Source: Chloroflexota bacterium (GTDB lineage Bacteria > Chloroflexota > Anaerolineae > UBA2200). Taken from it: 64,000 bases of DNA. The notes beneath the pieces are model-generated. The model had not been told where the DNA came from and ran no database searches. It worked only from the letters and a program-made list of their open reading frames with translations. Positions 29,867-39,813 of this stretch are shown one piece after another. The stretch covers positions 27,428 to 91,427 of the forward strand of contig JACIWW010000011.1 of assembly GCA_014360905.1 (NCBI GenBank), written 5' to 3'. The position numbers and the translations under genes are program-made. Positions within the stretch are counted from its first letter, which is position 1, and each line of letters opens with the position of its first letter.

Positions 29867-31230
29867 TGAGCATGCGTATTGCGATGTTCAGCCCGTTAAG
29901 CCCTTTGCGCACCGCAATAGCTGACCACGTAGAAGGCTTATTGCCATACCTAGCCGAATTTGCTGACACGGACCTGTTCATTGACGACGGCTATGTCCCA
30001 AGCAACCCCTCTGTCCGAAACAACTTTGCCATCCACAATTACCGTGATTTCCCCAAAATGGCAAGCCAATATGAAATTGCAGTCTACCACATGGGCAATG
30101 AACCACACTATCACGGCTATATCTACCGCACGTTGCTGCAGTACCCTGGCATCGTTGTGTTACATGACCTGGTCCTGCACCACTGCATCTACGGGCTTAC
30201 CGTAGCAAAAGGTAATATAGAAGGATACTTGGCTGAGATGCGCTACGCCTATGGCAGGGAAGGAGAAATAGTAGCCACTCAGATTTTAGAGGGACGCAAC
30301 CCGGATCTCATGTATCATTATCCATTGATGGAACGAGTCTTGGACAACAGCCGAGGCGTAATTGTGCATAACAACTATGCCCGTCAACAATTGCAAAAGA
30401 GGCGTCCCAAGTTACCTGTAAGATGTATTCCGCAGCATTTCTACTTGCCCGACAAGTCTATATTGACTGAGGACAGAGAAACCTTGCGAGAACGCCTTGG
30501 GCTTAAGGATCGTTTCGTGGTAGCCTCCTTTGGCATACTCGGAGATAAACAATTGCACGTAACACTGCAGGCCTTTAACCGTTTTCGTCGCATATGCCCA
30601 CAAGCTATGTACTTACTAGTTGGTCCTACCAATGATGATGTGGCAACTCTGATGGGAAGCTTGGGACTGGAAGACGTAGTCAGAGTTGTTGGCTGGCAGG
30701 ATCCTATCCACTTTGTGCGTTACATGCTGGTGACAGACTTGGCAATACAATTGAAATATCCTCATGTTGGTGGTACACCATATACGCCGATCCGCTTGCT
30801 GGGACTCGGTATTCCCACCATTATTTCCAATATCGAACCCCTGGCTGAGATCCCCGAGAATTGCTGTGCCAGAGTAGACTTGGGTGGAACTGAAGAAGAC
30901 GAATTGTTTGTAATTATGCAATACCTGGCCACCCATGAAACCGCCAGGCAAGAAATGGCGGAGAATGGACGAAGTTACGTCCTGGAAAACCACGAGCCTC
31001 ACAAAGTTGCCTTGCAGTATAAAGGCTTTATCAAAAGCATTTTGTCTACACCGCTGAGGGCAATGTCCGGTATAGATCGGATTAACTCTTGGCAAGAACG
31101 CTTGATTGAAGATGTGGCAGCCATTCTAGCAGAGTGGGATGTGTCGGCGGAAGATGACCACTTGTTGCTCCCTATCGCTAATGCCATTGCCAGTTTGGGC
31201 ATTCGTGCTTGGGAGGCAATAGATGATTAA
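29866..31230 (+). CDS. GT-B glycosyltransferase-like protein (divergent GT4)
   Basis: 454 aa. N-terminus MRIAMFSPLSPLRTAIADH and central VVASFGILGDKQLHVTLQAFNRF resemble the GT4 layout. The start overlaps the preceding stop (TAATG). Confidence 0.6.
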   Translation: MSMRIAMFSPLSPLRTAIADHVEGLLPYLAEFADTDLFIDDGYVPSNPSVRNNFAIHNYRDFPKMASQYEIAVYHMGNEPHYHGYIYRTLLQYPGIVVLHDLVLHHCIYGLTVAKGNIEGYLAEMRYAYGREGEIVATQILEGRNPDLMYHYPLMERVLDNSRGVIVHNNYARQQLQKRRPKLPVRCIPQHFYLPDKSILTEDRETLRERLGLKDRFVVASFGILGDKQLHVTLQAFNRFRRICPQAMYLLVGPTNDDVATLMGSLGLEDVVRVVGWQDPIHFVRYMLVTDLAIQLKYPHVGGTPYTPIRLLGLGIPTIISNIEPLAEIPENCCARVDLGGTEEDELFVIMQYLATHETARQEMAENGRSYVLENHEPHKVALQYKGFIKSILSTPLRAMSGIDRINSWQERLIEDVAAILAEWDVSAEDDHLLLPIANAIASLGIRAWEAIDD

Positions 31231-33706
31231 CCACCCTTGGCTAGGTCTGGTTATTCTACTAGGGAACTTTATCCCGGGCTATCTGCTGACCGCTCTCTGG
31301 AATGAGGATTGGACGCACGATCTCACATTCGGTGAATGTTTGTTTGTGCAACTTCTCCTCGGTGTGGTCCTCAACTCCTGGCTGATGCTGCTTCTTGCGG
31401 AGTTAGAGACATTCAAGCTCTCTACCATATTGTTAAGCTATGGGCTCATCTGCAGCTCCCTGGCATGGATTGGGCGTCAGCGTTTGCAGAAAGGTCCATC
31501 GTGGACCAGACCTTCAAGGTACGAGCTTGCGCTTGTTGTCTTGCTGTTCTTGGCAGGCATCCTTTTCGCACATCCTGCGGAAGCGATGTTGGTTTTTGAT
31601 GACTCTGGTATCTACTTTCTAGGTGGTGTAACACTGGCCAAGACCGGCAGCCTTATTGTCCGTGAACCCATTTTGGCGTCTTTGCCAGCTCAACAGGGAA
31701 AGCAGCTATTGTTTACTGGGCCAGGCATTCTAACCCGATACTGGGGGCAATTTTTTGTCTGGGGTTGGTCACGTCCGTGGGTTATGTTTGGGCTTTTGCA
31801 TTTGCAGTACCTGTGGTGTGGGCTGTTCACTTTGTTTCTAGGGACTTATGGCGGGTTATGGGTAGCGCCAGCTTTTGGGCTACTGGCTCTCGCAGGGCTC
31901 TATTTCCTAGGGCGAAGGCTTTTTGGGCGAGAGGTGGGCTGGTTGGCTGCGATTTTTCTAGCACTAAACTTTGCCCAAGTCTGGCATGCACGGCTGCCAC
32001 TATCTGAAATCCTTACACAGGCATTGTTCATTGGTGGATTCTACCTTCTTACTCTGTTTTTGCAGAAAAGACATGTATGGCTAGGCTTTGGAGCGGGAGT
32101 ATGTTTGGGCACCCTTTTTCTGGCTCGCGTCGATGCCCTCGTGGTAGACATTTTGCTTGTTGGGCTGATTATGTATTGGAAATGGGGCAATCGCTGGCGT
32201 GCTGAATACAACGGCTTCGCAATAGCTCTTCTGACCACTCTCGCTTATGCTACCCTGCATAACGTACTTGCTGGCTGGCTTTATTTGGTCATGTTATGGC
32301 AGACAGGGGGTAGCCCTACGCTAGCCAAGGTGGTAATCTTGCTAAGCCTAGGCAGCGGAATATTGACGTTAATAGCATGGCTCAGGCCAAAAGTCATGCG
32401 GGCATTTCTGGATTGGTCTTGGGCTCAAGCGTGGAAGATTTTTACGGCAGCGTTTTCTATTTGGGTACTCTGGGTTGGCTTATCATATCTGTTTTTAGGA
32501 AATGCGTGGACCTCGCAAATAGTCACTTGGTTGACACTGTATTGGACACCACTGGGTATGTTCCTGGCTGCCGTTGGCCTTGGTTTATTACTCGCCCGTC
32601 ATCCTGCGCGCAAAGTGTTGCCAATCTTTGCTGTGGGATTGGTCTACTTGGGCGCATTTTCTCTGCATCCTATGGTCAATCCAGTTCATCCCTGGGCCAT
32701 GCGCCGCTTTATGCCTACAGTGATGCCTGCTATGGCGTTGTTGATCGCTTATGGTCTGGTCACGTTGCCTATTCGATACGGAATGTTGCGGTACATAGTG
32801 CAACTCATAGTGGTGAGTGCTCTAGCATGGTCTTTCCTGCGCATGGATAGACCACTTCTCCGCCGCACGGAGTACAGTGGGGTTGGCGAGCAAATTGCAC
32901 AACTTGCCGAGCGTTTTGAAAAGGATGCTTTGGTTTTGTTCGATAGAGGAGCCCCAAGCTTATATGTACCCCAAGCGCTGGCGTACCTTTACGATGTCTA
33001 CTCCTTTATACTGCAAGAACCAACTCCTGACTCCGGAGCACTTGATCCTTGGATTGAATACTGGCAGCAAAAAGGGCGTTCGGTATATCTTGTAATAACC
33101 GGAGGTGCCCTTGAGTGGCACCCAAGCCAATGGACTTTTCAGTCTCACGGTGTGTTTGATCTGCACTTTGCACATCTTCAACGTAGCTCTGATGGCGTCC
33201 CCGCAACTTTTGAGGACTCGGTATTCAGACTGGATATTTATCGAATTGTGCCAAGCTCTGAGAAGTCACTGGATCAAGAAACAACTTATCTACTGAACAT
33301 GGAAGCAGGTGAATACCCTTACTTACGAGGGGGTTTCTACGGTTGTGAGACGGCAACCGACGGCATGACTTACCGTTGGACCAACGGCTTGGGACGCATC
33401 CAGGTGCCTAAACGAGACGGCGCAGGTGCTTTGCTTCGCCTACGCGTAGCAGGAGGCAGACCAGTTGAGGAAGTGCTTATTTCTGTGGTTGTAAATGGAA
33501 CTGTGGTTGCGGAGGAATGGCTGCCTGCTGGCTTTGTCTTTCAGACGCTGGAGATGACTGTGCCTTCATCCGCGCTGGGTGTTGACTCTCAAGGTGCCAC
33601 GGTTGAAATCAAAAGCGATACCTGGATGCCGAGCACTGCTGGCTACCCAGGAGACACGCGCCAATTAGGAGTTTTGGTAGACTGGATAGAGTGGAAATGG
33701 CAGTAA
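31223..33706 (+). CDS. Large polytopic membrane protein, GT-C-fold glycosyltransferase-like, with ~260-aa soluble C-terminal domain
   Basis: 827 aa with at least 12 hydrophobic segments in the first ~560 aa. An acidic DDSGIYF motif follows the early helices, resembling the DD/DxD loop of GT-C enzymes. The C-terminal region is beta-rich. The fold assignment is inference. Confidence 0.55.
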   Translation: MINHPWLGLVILLGNFIPGYLLTALWNEDWTHDLTFGECLFVQLLLGVVLNSWLMLLLAELETFKLSTILLSYGLICSSLAWIGRQRLQKGPSWTRPSRYELALVVLLFLAGILFAHPAEAMLVFDDSGIYFLGGVTLAKTGSLIVREPILASLPAQQGKQLLFTGPGILTRYWGQFFVWGWSRPWVMFGLLHLQYLWCGLFTLFLGTYGGLWVAPAFGLLALAGLYFLGRRLFGREVGWLAAIFLALNFAQVWHARLPLSEILTQALFIGGFYLLTLFLQKRHVWLGFGAGVCLGTLFLARVDALVVDILLVGLIMYWKWGNRWRAEYNGFAIALLTTLAYATLHNVLAGWLYLVMLWQTGGSPTLAKVVILLSLGSGILTLIAWLRPKVMRAFLDWSWAQAWKIFTAAFSIWVLWVGLSYLFLGNAWTSQIVTWLTLYWTPLGMFLAAVGLGLLLARHPARKVLPIFAVGLVYLGAFSLHPMVNPVHPWAMRRFMPTVMPAMALLIAYGLVTLPIRYGMLRYIVQLIVVSALAWSFLRMDRPLLRRTEYSGVGEQIAQLAERFEKDALVLFDRGAPSLYVPQALAYLYDVYSFILQEPTPDSGALDPWIEYWQQKGRSVYLVITGGALEWHPSQWTFQSHGVFDLHFAHLQRSSDGVPATFEDSVFRLDIYRIVPSSEKSLDQETTYLLNMEAGEYPYLRGGFYGCETATDGMTYRWTNGLGRIQVPKRDGAGALLRLRVAGGRPVEEVLISVVVNGTVVAEEWLPAGFVFQTLEMTVPSSALGVDSQGATVEIKSDTWMPSTAGYPGDTRQLGVLVDWIEWKWQ

Positions 33707-33768
33707 ACATAGCACTGAAGGGTTACCAGGACGATCGAATGGGCAAGCATATAGAGGGGCAGTGACTT

Positions 33769-35049
33769 TTGAAGGTTTTGCATGTGAGTCCGCGTTATTA
33801 TCCCTATATTGGCGGCTCTGAATTATATTGCCAGGAGATATCAGAACGGCTAGTACGAGATGGGCACCAAGTAACCGTGTTTACCACTAATGCCTGGGAC
33901 CTCGAGTACTTCTGGGATCCATACAAAGCGCATCTCTCTGTAGGAAGGGAGAACCACAATGGCGTGGAGATAAGGCGTTTTGGTGTGCAGCATATACTAT
34001 CTAGCAAGTGGAGTTTTGCTGCGATTCGGCTGGCGATAAGGCTTTTGTCTTCCCTACCGCTGGATACGCGCCCCCTTCTCTTCCGCCTCTGCATGTGGGT
34101 GCCATGGGTGCCGGGTTTAGAGCGGGCATTGACTATCAAGGATTCCGAGGAAGCCTATGATGTTGTGCATGTTACTAATATCCCTTTTGATTCCCTGGTT
34201 TATAGTGCTTATCGTTTCGCCAGGGAAAGGAAAATCCCATTTGTCATCACGCCCTTCTTACACCTTGGAGAGCCAGAGGACAAGACGGTACGGAAATACT
34301 ACACCATGCCGCATCATATAACCATGCTGCGTAACAGCAGCGCGGTTATCGTGCAAACCGAACTAGAACGTAGCTATTTGCTATCGTGTGGCGTACCGGC
34401 AGATCGAATCCGCAAGATTGGAGTAGGAGTCAATCCTGAGCATTTGCGTGGCGGGTGTGCAGATCGGTTTCGTGCTAAGTATCATGTGCCCGAGCCAATC
34501 GTCTTCTATATCGGAACACAGGCTTACGACAAAGGTACAGTCCATCTCATCGAAGCCATGCAGCGATTATGGAAAGATGGCAGCAAAGCTCACCTGGTAT
34601 TAGCTGGGCCGATCATGAGCAGTTTTGCAAATTACTTCTGCTCTTTGCCAGAAACAAGTCGGAAACGCTGTCATCTACTGGGTTTTATCTCCGAAGAGGA
34701 TAAACGCGACTTGTTAGCTGCGGGCGATGTGTTCGCTATGCCTTCGCGGACTGACTCATTTGGCATCGTCTACCTGGAGGCATGGCTATACAAAAAACCA
34801 GTAATCGGCGCACTCGCTGGAGGTGTGCCAGATGTGATCCAAGATGGTGAAGATGGGTACCTGGTGCCATTTGGAGATATTCCGCGACTAGCAGAAGCGA
34901 TCAATACACTGTTGACTGACCGCACCAAAGCGCGTCAGTTCGGCGAGAAAGGTTACTATAAAGCAATCACCCACCATACATGGGACAAAAAGTACACTGC
35001 CATCAAAACTGTTTATGAAGAGCTATTGACAACACGATACACAAACTGA
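33769..35049 (+). CDS. Glycosyltransferase family 4
   Basis: MKVLHVSPRYYPYIGGSE N-terminus and MPSRTDSFGIVYLEAWLYKKPVIGALAGGVPDVI motif. TTG start. Confidence 0.8.
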   Translation: MKVLHVSPRYYPYIGGSELYCQEISERLVRDGHQVTVFTTNAWDLEYFWDPYKAHLSVGRENHNGVEIRRFGVQHILSSKWSFAAIRLAIRLLSSLPLDTRPLLFRLCMWVPWVPGLERALTIKDSEEAYDVVHVTNIPFDSLVYSAYRFARERKIPFVITPFLHLGEPEDKTVRKYYTMPHHITMLRNSSAVIVQTELERSYLLSCGVPADRIRKIGVGVNPEHLRGGCADRFRAKYHVPEPIVFYIGTQAYDKGTVHLIEAMQRLWKDGSKAHLVLAGPIMSSFANYFCSLPETSRKRCHLLGFISEEDKRDLLAAGDVFAMPSRTDSFGIVYLEAWLYKKPVIGALAGGVPDVIQDGEDGYLVPFGDIPRLAEAINTLLTDRTKARQFGEKGYYKAITHHTWDKKYTAIKTVYEELLTTRYTN

Positions 35050-35111
35050 CAGTGTCCGGGATGTGTTTCCTGCTCCCAACGATCACCGTATCTAGGATAG
35101 AAAGGAAAACT

Positions 35112-35975
35112 ATGGAAGTTATCAGCATCGTGATACCTGTTTACAACGAAGAAATTGCCATTGGTGATGACCTAGATCTTATCAAACAAACCATGGATGC
35201 AACGGGCAAGCCTTATGAGGTTATTGTGGTCAACGATGGCTCTACCGATCGCACCGATGAAATCGTAGCCAGCCGGCCGTGGGTCAAATTACTGCGCCAT
35301 GATCGAAACCGAGGCACTGGAGCAGCACGCAATACAGGACTCAAAGCAGCTAGGGGTGACATCATCATCATGACAGATGGCGATGGCACTTACCCGAACC
35401 AGGACATGCCTAGGTTGCTGCAATGCATGGAAAAATGTGATATGGTCATCGGCGCACGAACCCAGGAGAAAGGCACTTTGAAGTTGTTGCGAACACCAGC
35501 GAAATGGTTCATCCGCAGTCTCGCTTCCTATTTGACCGGTACCAAAATCCCTGACTTGAACTCGGGGTTTCGCGCTTTCAGAAGAGATATTGCGTTCAAG
35601 TATTTAAATATCCTACCAGACACACACTCGTGGGTGAGCACAATCACAATCGCTTTTCTGAGCGACGGCTATTCAGTCCAATACATTCCTATCGAGTATT
35701 ATAAGCGCAAAGGCAAGTCCAAATTTCATCCCATCAGGGATACGTACAACTATATTACTCTGGTCGTGCGGACTGTGACCTACTTCAATCCACTAAAAGT
35801 ATTCATGCCGATCAGCCTGTCGCTCTTCACCGTCGGCGTGCTCAAGGCGTTTTATGACATCGTTGCGTACCGCTTTCACTTTGCACCCTCGACGGTCCTC
35901 CTTCTTCTTACCGCAGTTCAAATCGCTGCCTTGGGTTTGCTAGCTGACCTGATTGTAAGAAGAGGGGGGAGATAG
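35112..35975 (+). CDS. Polyprenyl-phosphate glycosyltransferase (GT2; Dpm1/GtrB/ArnC-like) with C-terminal TM helices
   Basis: MEVISIVIPVYNEE, VIVVNDGSTDRT, MTDGDGT (DxD), and two C-terminal hydrophobic helices. The ATG at 35112 has an upstream AAAGGAAA; the ORF track starts at 35052. Confidence 0.8.
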   Translation: MEVISIVIPVYNEEIAIGDDLDLIKQTMDATGKPYEVIVVNDGSTDRTDEIVASRPWVKLLRHDRNRGTGAARNTGLKAARGDIIIMTDGDGTYPNQDMPRLLQCMEKCDMVIGARTQEKGTLKLLRTPAKWFIRSLASYLTGTKIPDLNSGFRAFRRDIAFKYLNILPDTHSWVSTITIAFLSDGYSVQYIPIEYYKRKGKSKFHPIRDTYNYITLVVRTVTYFNPLKVFMPISLSLFTVGVLKAFYDIVAYRFHFAPSTVLLLLTAVQIAALGLLADLIVRRGGR

Positions 35976-35978
35976 CCT

Positions 35979-36524
35979 CTATTGGAAGCGTCCCCACCCA
36001 AAGCTGGCTTTCAACTCCTCACAATATACCGCAATGCTGTCCGCGTCCCCAGGTTTGAGATCGCTGGGTACAGTGAGAACTAGGAGTTCTTGTTGGTAAG
36101 GCCTCTGCTCGAGCTTTGCCAAGATCGCCACAGCCTTATCTAGTTCTCCTTCTTTCACTAGGCGGATATCTGCTAAGGGGCCTTGACCATCGTAAGTAAA
36201 ATTGCTGATTACAATGGTCTGCAATCCAGCCATAACCGCTTTACCTGAGACGCCGTGCTGGGTATCCTGAAAAGTGGCAACATAGCCAACGGGAATAACC
36301 GGCTCATCAGGAGCAACTGCAGAAGCGGTTGGCCAAATTTTGATCGTGGGGGTAGCCAAGACTGCAGTTGAGGTTGGTGTTGCAGGGGGCGTTGACACAG
36401 TTGGCGTGGCAGTGGGAGCAGCTTGACAACTAGCCAATATCCCTGCGGCTATTAGGTACAATGCGATAACGCGGATCTTGCTCACTGGCGGACTCCTTAG
36501 ACTTGATTTACGAACTAAAAACAT
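35979..36524 (-). CDS. Lipoprotein with PT-rich linker and DM13-like domain
   Basis: Lipobox-like AAGILASC. Linker is PTATPTVSTPPATPTSTAVLATPT. The DM13-like region is HGVSGKAVMAGLQTIVISNFTYDGQGPLADIRLV ... SIAVYCEELKASFGWGRF. The start is uncertain (ATG 36524 or TTG 36551). Confidence 0.5.
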   Translation of the reverse strand: MFLVRKSSLRSPPVSKIRVIALYLIAAGILASCQAAPTATPTVSTPPATPTSTAVLATPTIKIWPTASAVAPDEPVIPVGYVATFQDTQHGVSGKAVMAGLQTIVISNFTYDGQGPLADIRLVKEGELDKAVAILAKLEQRPYQQELLVLTVPSDLKPGDADSIAVYCEELKASFGWGRFQ

Positions 36525-36676
36525 TATAATGAGATTTGTATCGTTTATCAATCGCTCATTGCAAGTTCCAACCTGATGCGGCTGTTGTCTTATAAGACTT
36601 CATAATGAAGCGAAAGACCTTGTGTAAAAGGTCCTGAGAGTAAGGAACCGGGTCAATAAAACCTGTAGGGAAGCCT

Positions 36677-37903
36677 GTGAAAATTGGCATGATTACGTCT
36701 TCCTACCCTCGTTTTGAGGGCGATATTGCGGGGACATTCGTGCACTCTCTGGCGGAAAACATTGCTGCGCTGGGTCACGAGGTGCACGTTTTTGCTCCAT
36801 ATGATCCGATTGCCAGTGATCTCTTTGGTTCTGCGATTGTTCACCGTTTTCGCTATTTTGTAGGTGCACGATGGCATTTGATTGGCTATGCCAAGTCATT
36901 GGAAAAGGATGTGACGCTGAAAAAACCCGTCTATTTGTTGTTGCCTTGCTACACAGTGGCCGCATTCTGGGAATTCTGGCGTTGGCAGCGCCTAGTTAGA
37001 TTTGATGTAATTCACGCTCATTGGGCAGTTCCGAGCGGACCCATTGGTGCGTTGGAATCCCGGTGTACAGGTACTCCCTTAGTGATCAGCCTGCATGGTT
37101 CTGATGTATTTGTGCTAGAGAGAAACATCCTGGCTAAATTGGCTGCGTGTTGGGCCTTTTCTCAAGCGGATTGGGTTACCGCTTGCAGTTCGGACCTTCT
37201 GGAACGAGCGCAGAGACACGGCTTGTCACCACACAAAAGCCAGCTAATCCCATATGGTGTAGACCATTATCGCTTTTACCACAATCCGGATGCAGGATAT
37301 GCCTTGCGAGAGCAGCTTGGCATTGCGAAAGATGTTCCCATCGTTCTGGCTTTGGGTCGTTTAGTGTATAAGAAGGGCTTTGAGTATCTAGTACAGGCTA
37401 TGCCAGCCATTGTTGAACGATTCAATAATGTGCGGGTTGTGATCGTTGGTGAGGGGCCTCTGCGCGAGGATTTGCTGCATTTAGCTCATTCATTAGGTGT
37501 GCAGGATCACCTGTTGTTAATCGGTGGCGTGCCATGGACTGATACTCCTCGCTATTTCAATATGTGCGATGTTTTTGTGGTGCCATCGGTACGCGATCAT
37601 AAGGGCAATGTAGATGGCTTGCCTAATGTGCTCCTGGAAGCCATGTCCTGTGGCAAGCCACTGGTTGCGACGCAAGTTGCTGGCATACCTGAAGTGATCG
37701 TTGACCGGGAAAACGGTCTGCTAGTGGAAGAGAAGAATCCCCATCAGTTAGCTCAAGCAGTTATTGAACTGTTGGCATCTCCCGAATTAGCTCAGCGTTA
37801 TGGCGAGACCAATCGTAGTAACGCTGAAGATAGACTAACCTGGCGGATTATGGCCACGCGTATGGTGGAAGTGTATGAACAAGCTATCACCAAACGTAGA
37901 TGA
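36677..37903 (+). CDS. Glycosyltransferase family 4
   Basis: MKIGMITSSYPRFEGDIAGTFV N-terminus and VVPSVRDHKGNVDGLPNVLLEAMSCGKPLVATQVAGIPEV. GTG start. Confidence 0.85.
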   Translation: MKIGMITSSYPRFEGDIAGTFVHSLAENIAALGHEVHVFAPYDPIASDLFGSAIVHRFRYFVGARWHLIGYAKSLEKDVTLKKPVYLLLPCYTVAAFWEFWRWQRLVRFDVIHAHWAVPSGPIGALESRCTGTPLVISLHGSDVFVLERNILAKLAACWAFSQADWVTACSSDLLERAQRHGLSPHKSQLIPYGVDHYRFYHNPDAGYALREQLGIAKDVPIVLALGRLVYKKGFEYLVQAMPAIVERFNNVRVVIVGEGPLREDLLHLAHSLGVQDHLLLIGGVPWTDTPRYFNMCDVFVVPSVRDHKGNVDGLPNVLLEAMSCGKPLVATQVAGIPEVIVDRENGLLVEEKNPHQLAQAVIELLASPELAQRYGETNRSNAEDRLTWRIMATRMVEVYEQAITKRR

Positions 37904-38696
37904 AGGCAAACTTGCGGTACCTGCAACCCTTTATAACCGCGAATATTTCCTCACTGAATGCAATGGCTATAAGGAGTTTCTGCAAGGCGGCATTCCTGCG
38001 CGGTTACGGATTGCTCTGCGGTTGGCGGGGGAGCTTAATAAAAAACGGGTTTTAGATGTTGGCTGCGGCCGTTGCGAGGTAGTATGGTACTGTGCCAAGG
38101 CTGGTGCTGATGCATATGGAATTGATTACTCGCCAGAAGCGCTGAGCTTAGCACAGCAAGCAGCGGCTCTCTTCCATACACCAACAAGTGAAGCCCCTGC
38201 TCATCTTCAACTCGCCGATGCATCCCACCTACCCTTCAGATCGAACGCTTTTGATGTGATTTTCATGTTGGATATCGTGGAACATCTTTACCCCGAACAA
38301 TTAAGGTGTGCTCTAGAAGAAGCATACCGAGTGCTAAAAGGAGGAGGAGTTCTGATCATCCATACCATGCCTAATCTATGGTACTACCGTATAGGCTATC
38401 CGCTCTACCGCGTTGTGCAGCGCGTACGCGGCAAAAAACTCCCCAAAGACCCAGAGCAACGCTGGCAATTCGTATCTGCAGTTCATGTGAATAAACAGGA
38501 TATCTGGCGATTGAAGCGTGCATTGCAGAACGCAGGATTTGATGCACGCGTATGGTTGGAACCAACGCAATCTTACCACGAAGAGAGGAATCAATTCGTA
38601 CGCTTTTGTATGCACGTCCTATCCCATTACTACCCATTCCGCTGGGTATTCTGCGATGATATTTTTGCCCTGGCCAGGAAATTGTCATGCGAATAG
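37875..38696 (+). CDS. Class I SAM-dependent methyltransferase
   Basis: VLDVGCGRCEV (motif I), FDVIFMLDIVEHL and GGVLIIHTMPN. Confidence 0.8.
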   Translation: MNKLSPNVDEGKLAVPATLYNREYFLTECNGYKEFLQGGIPARLRIALRLAGELNKKRVLDVGCGRCEVVWYCAKAGADAYGIDYSPEALSLAQQAAALFHTPTSEAPAHLQLADASHLPFRSNAFDVIFMLDIVEHLYPEQLRCALEEAYRVLKGGGVLIIHTMPNLWYYRIGYPLYRVVQRVRGKKLPKDPEQRWQFVSAVHVNKQDIWRLKRALQNAGFDARVWLEPTQSYHEERNQFVRFCMHVLSHYYPFRWVFCDDIFALARKLSCE

Positions 38697-39811
38697 CCAT
38701 TGATGCGCTTGGTATTACTCCATCTGGTGGTGGGCGTTCCGCCACATTAAATCTCCTCACTGCTCTTTTCAAAATAGATTGTAAAAACGACTATCTGCTC
38801 TTTTTGGACAAACAAGAGCAGGTATTAACAGCACACAATGTTCGGCAATATATCACCGGCATAAAAGGTCGTTTTGTTGCTAGACTCTGGGCTCAATTAG
38901 CCTTGCCGATCATCTTACGGAAGGAACGGGTTGCCGTCGTGCACTATGCCAAAAATTTAGGGGCATTCTTTACTCCGGGCGCTACTGTGGTCACCGTCTA
39001 CGACCTCAGTATCTTGATTTGCCCCGACGTTTACCCCTGGAGTGACCGCATATACTGGCGGTTTATTGAACCACTCACCTTACGACAGGCAAAGCGGATT
39101 ATCGCCATTTCGGAGGACACAGCGCGCGCCATTGTTACATTCTATGGCGTACCCCGAGAGCGTATTACGGTCATTTATCCTGGCTGTGATCCCCGCTTTC
39201 GCCCTTTATCTGTGGAGGAAACAGTCAAGGTCAAACAGAAATACCACCTCCCGGATGTTTTCATCTTACATGTGGGCAGCATTTCGCGAAAGAAAAACCT
39301 ACAGGCTTTAGCACGGGCTATTGCCAAGCTGAAGCAGGTAGGGCTGAAACCAAGATTGGTATTGGTGGGGCGAATCTATGAAAAGGCCCGCGATGACGCT
39401 CTGTTTCGCTACATCCAACAGGAGGGCTTGTCCAACGAAGTGATCTGGCTAGGAGCGGTCCCGGATCAAGACCTCCCAGCCATTTATAACTGCGCCACAG
39501 TTTTGGCCTTCCCCTCTCTGCAAGAAGGATTTGGCTTGGTGCCCCTAGAAGCTATGTCTTGTGGTTTGCCCGTCGTAACTTCAGGTGCAGGTGCTATCCG
39601 CGAGGTGATTGGCGATGCGGGACTAATCGTGGATAACCCGAGGGATGAGGATGAATGGGCTTTGATTATGGAGCAGGTTCTGCGAGATGCCAGCCTGCGT
39701 GCTCAGTTACGCTCTCGCGGTCTGGCCCGTGCGCATCTCTTTTCGAATGAAAAGGCTGCTAGACAGGTACTGCAAGTTTACTGTCAAGTGGCAAGGGAAG
39801 ATACGAAATAG
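38687..39811 (+). CDS. Glycosyltransferase family 4
   Basis: FPSLQEGFGLVPLEAMSCGLPVVTSGAGAIREV. The start overlaps the preceding gene by 10 nt. Confidence 0.85.
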   Translation: MRIAIDALGITPSGGGRSATLNLLTALFKIDCKNDYLLFLDKQEQVLTAHNVRQYITGIKGRFVARLWAQLALPIILRKERVAVVHYAKNLGAFFTPGATVVTVYDLSILICPDVYPWSDRIYWRFIEPLTLRQAKRIIAISEDTARAIVTFYGVPRERITVIYPGCDPRFRPLSVEETVKVKQKYHLPDVFILHVGSISRKKNLQALARAIAKLKQVGLKPRLVLVGRIYEKARDDALFRYIQQEGLSNEVIWLGAVPDQDLPAIYNCATVLAFPSLQEGFGLVPLEAMSCGLPVVTSGAGAIREVIGDAGLIVDNPRDEDEWALIMEQVLRDASLRAQLRSRGLARAHLFSNEKAARQVLQVYCQVAREDTK

Positions 39812-39813
39812 CC

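Noticed and set aside
35052-35111. GTG-initiated 20-aa extension of the GT2 ORF
   Set aside because: GT2 enzymes of this type begin right at the (M)xxISIVIPVYNE strand. The ATG at 35112 has an upstream purine-rich RBS.
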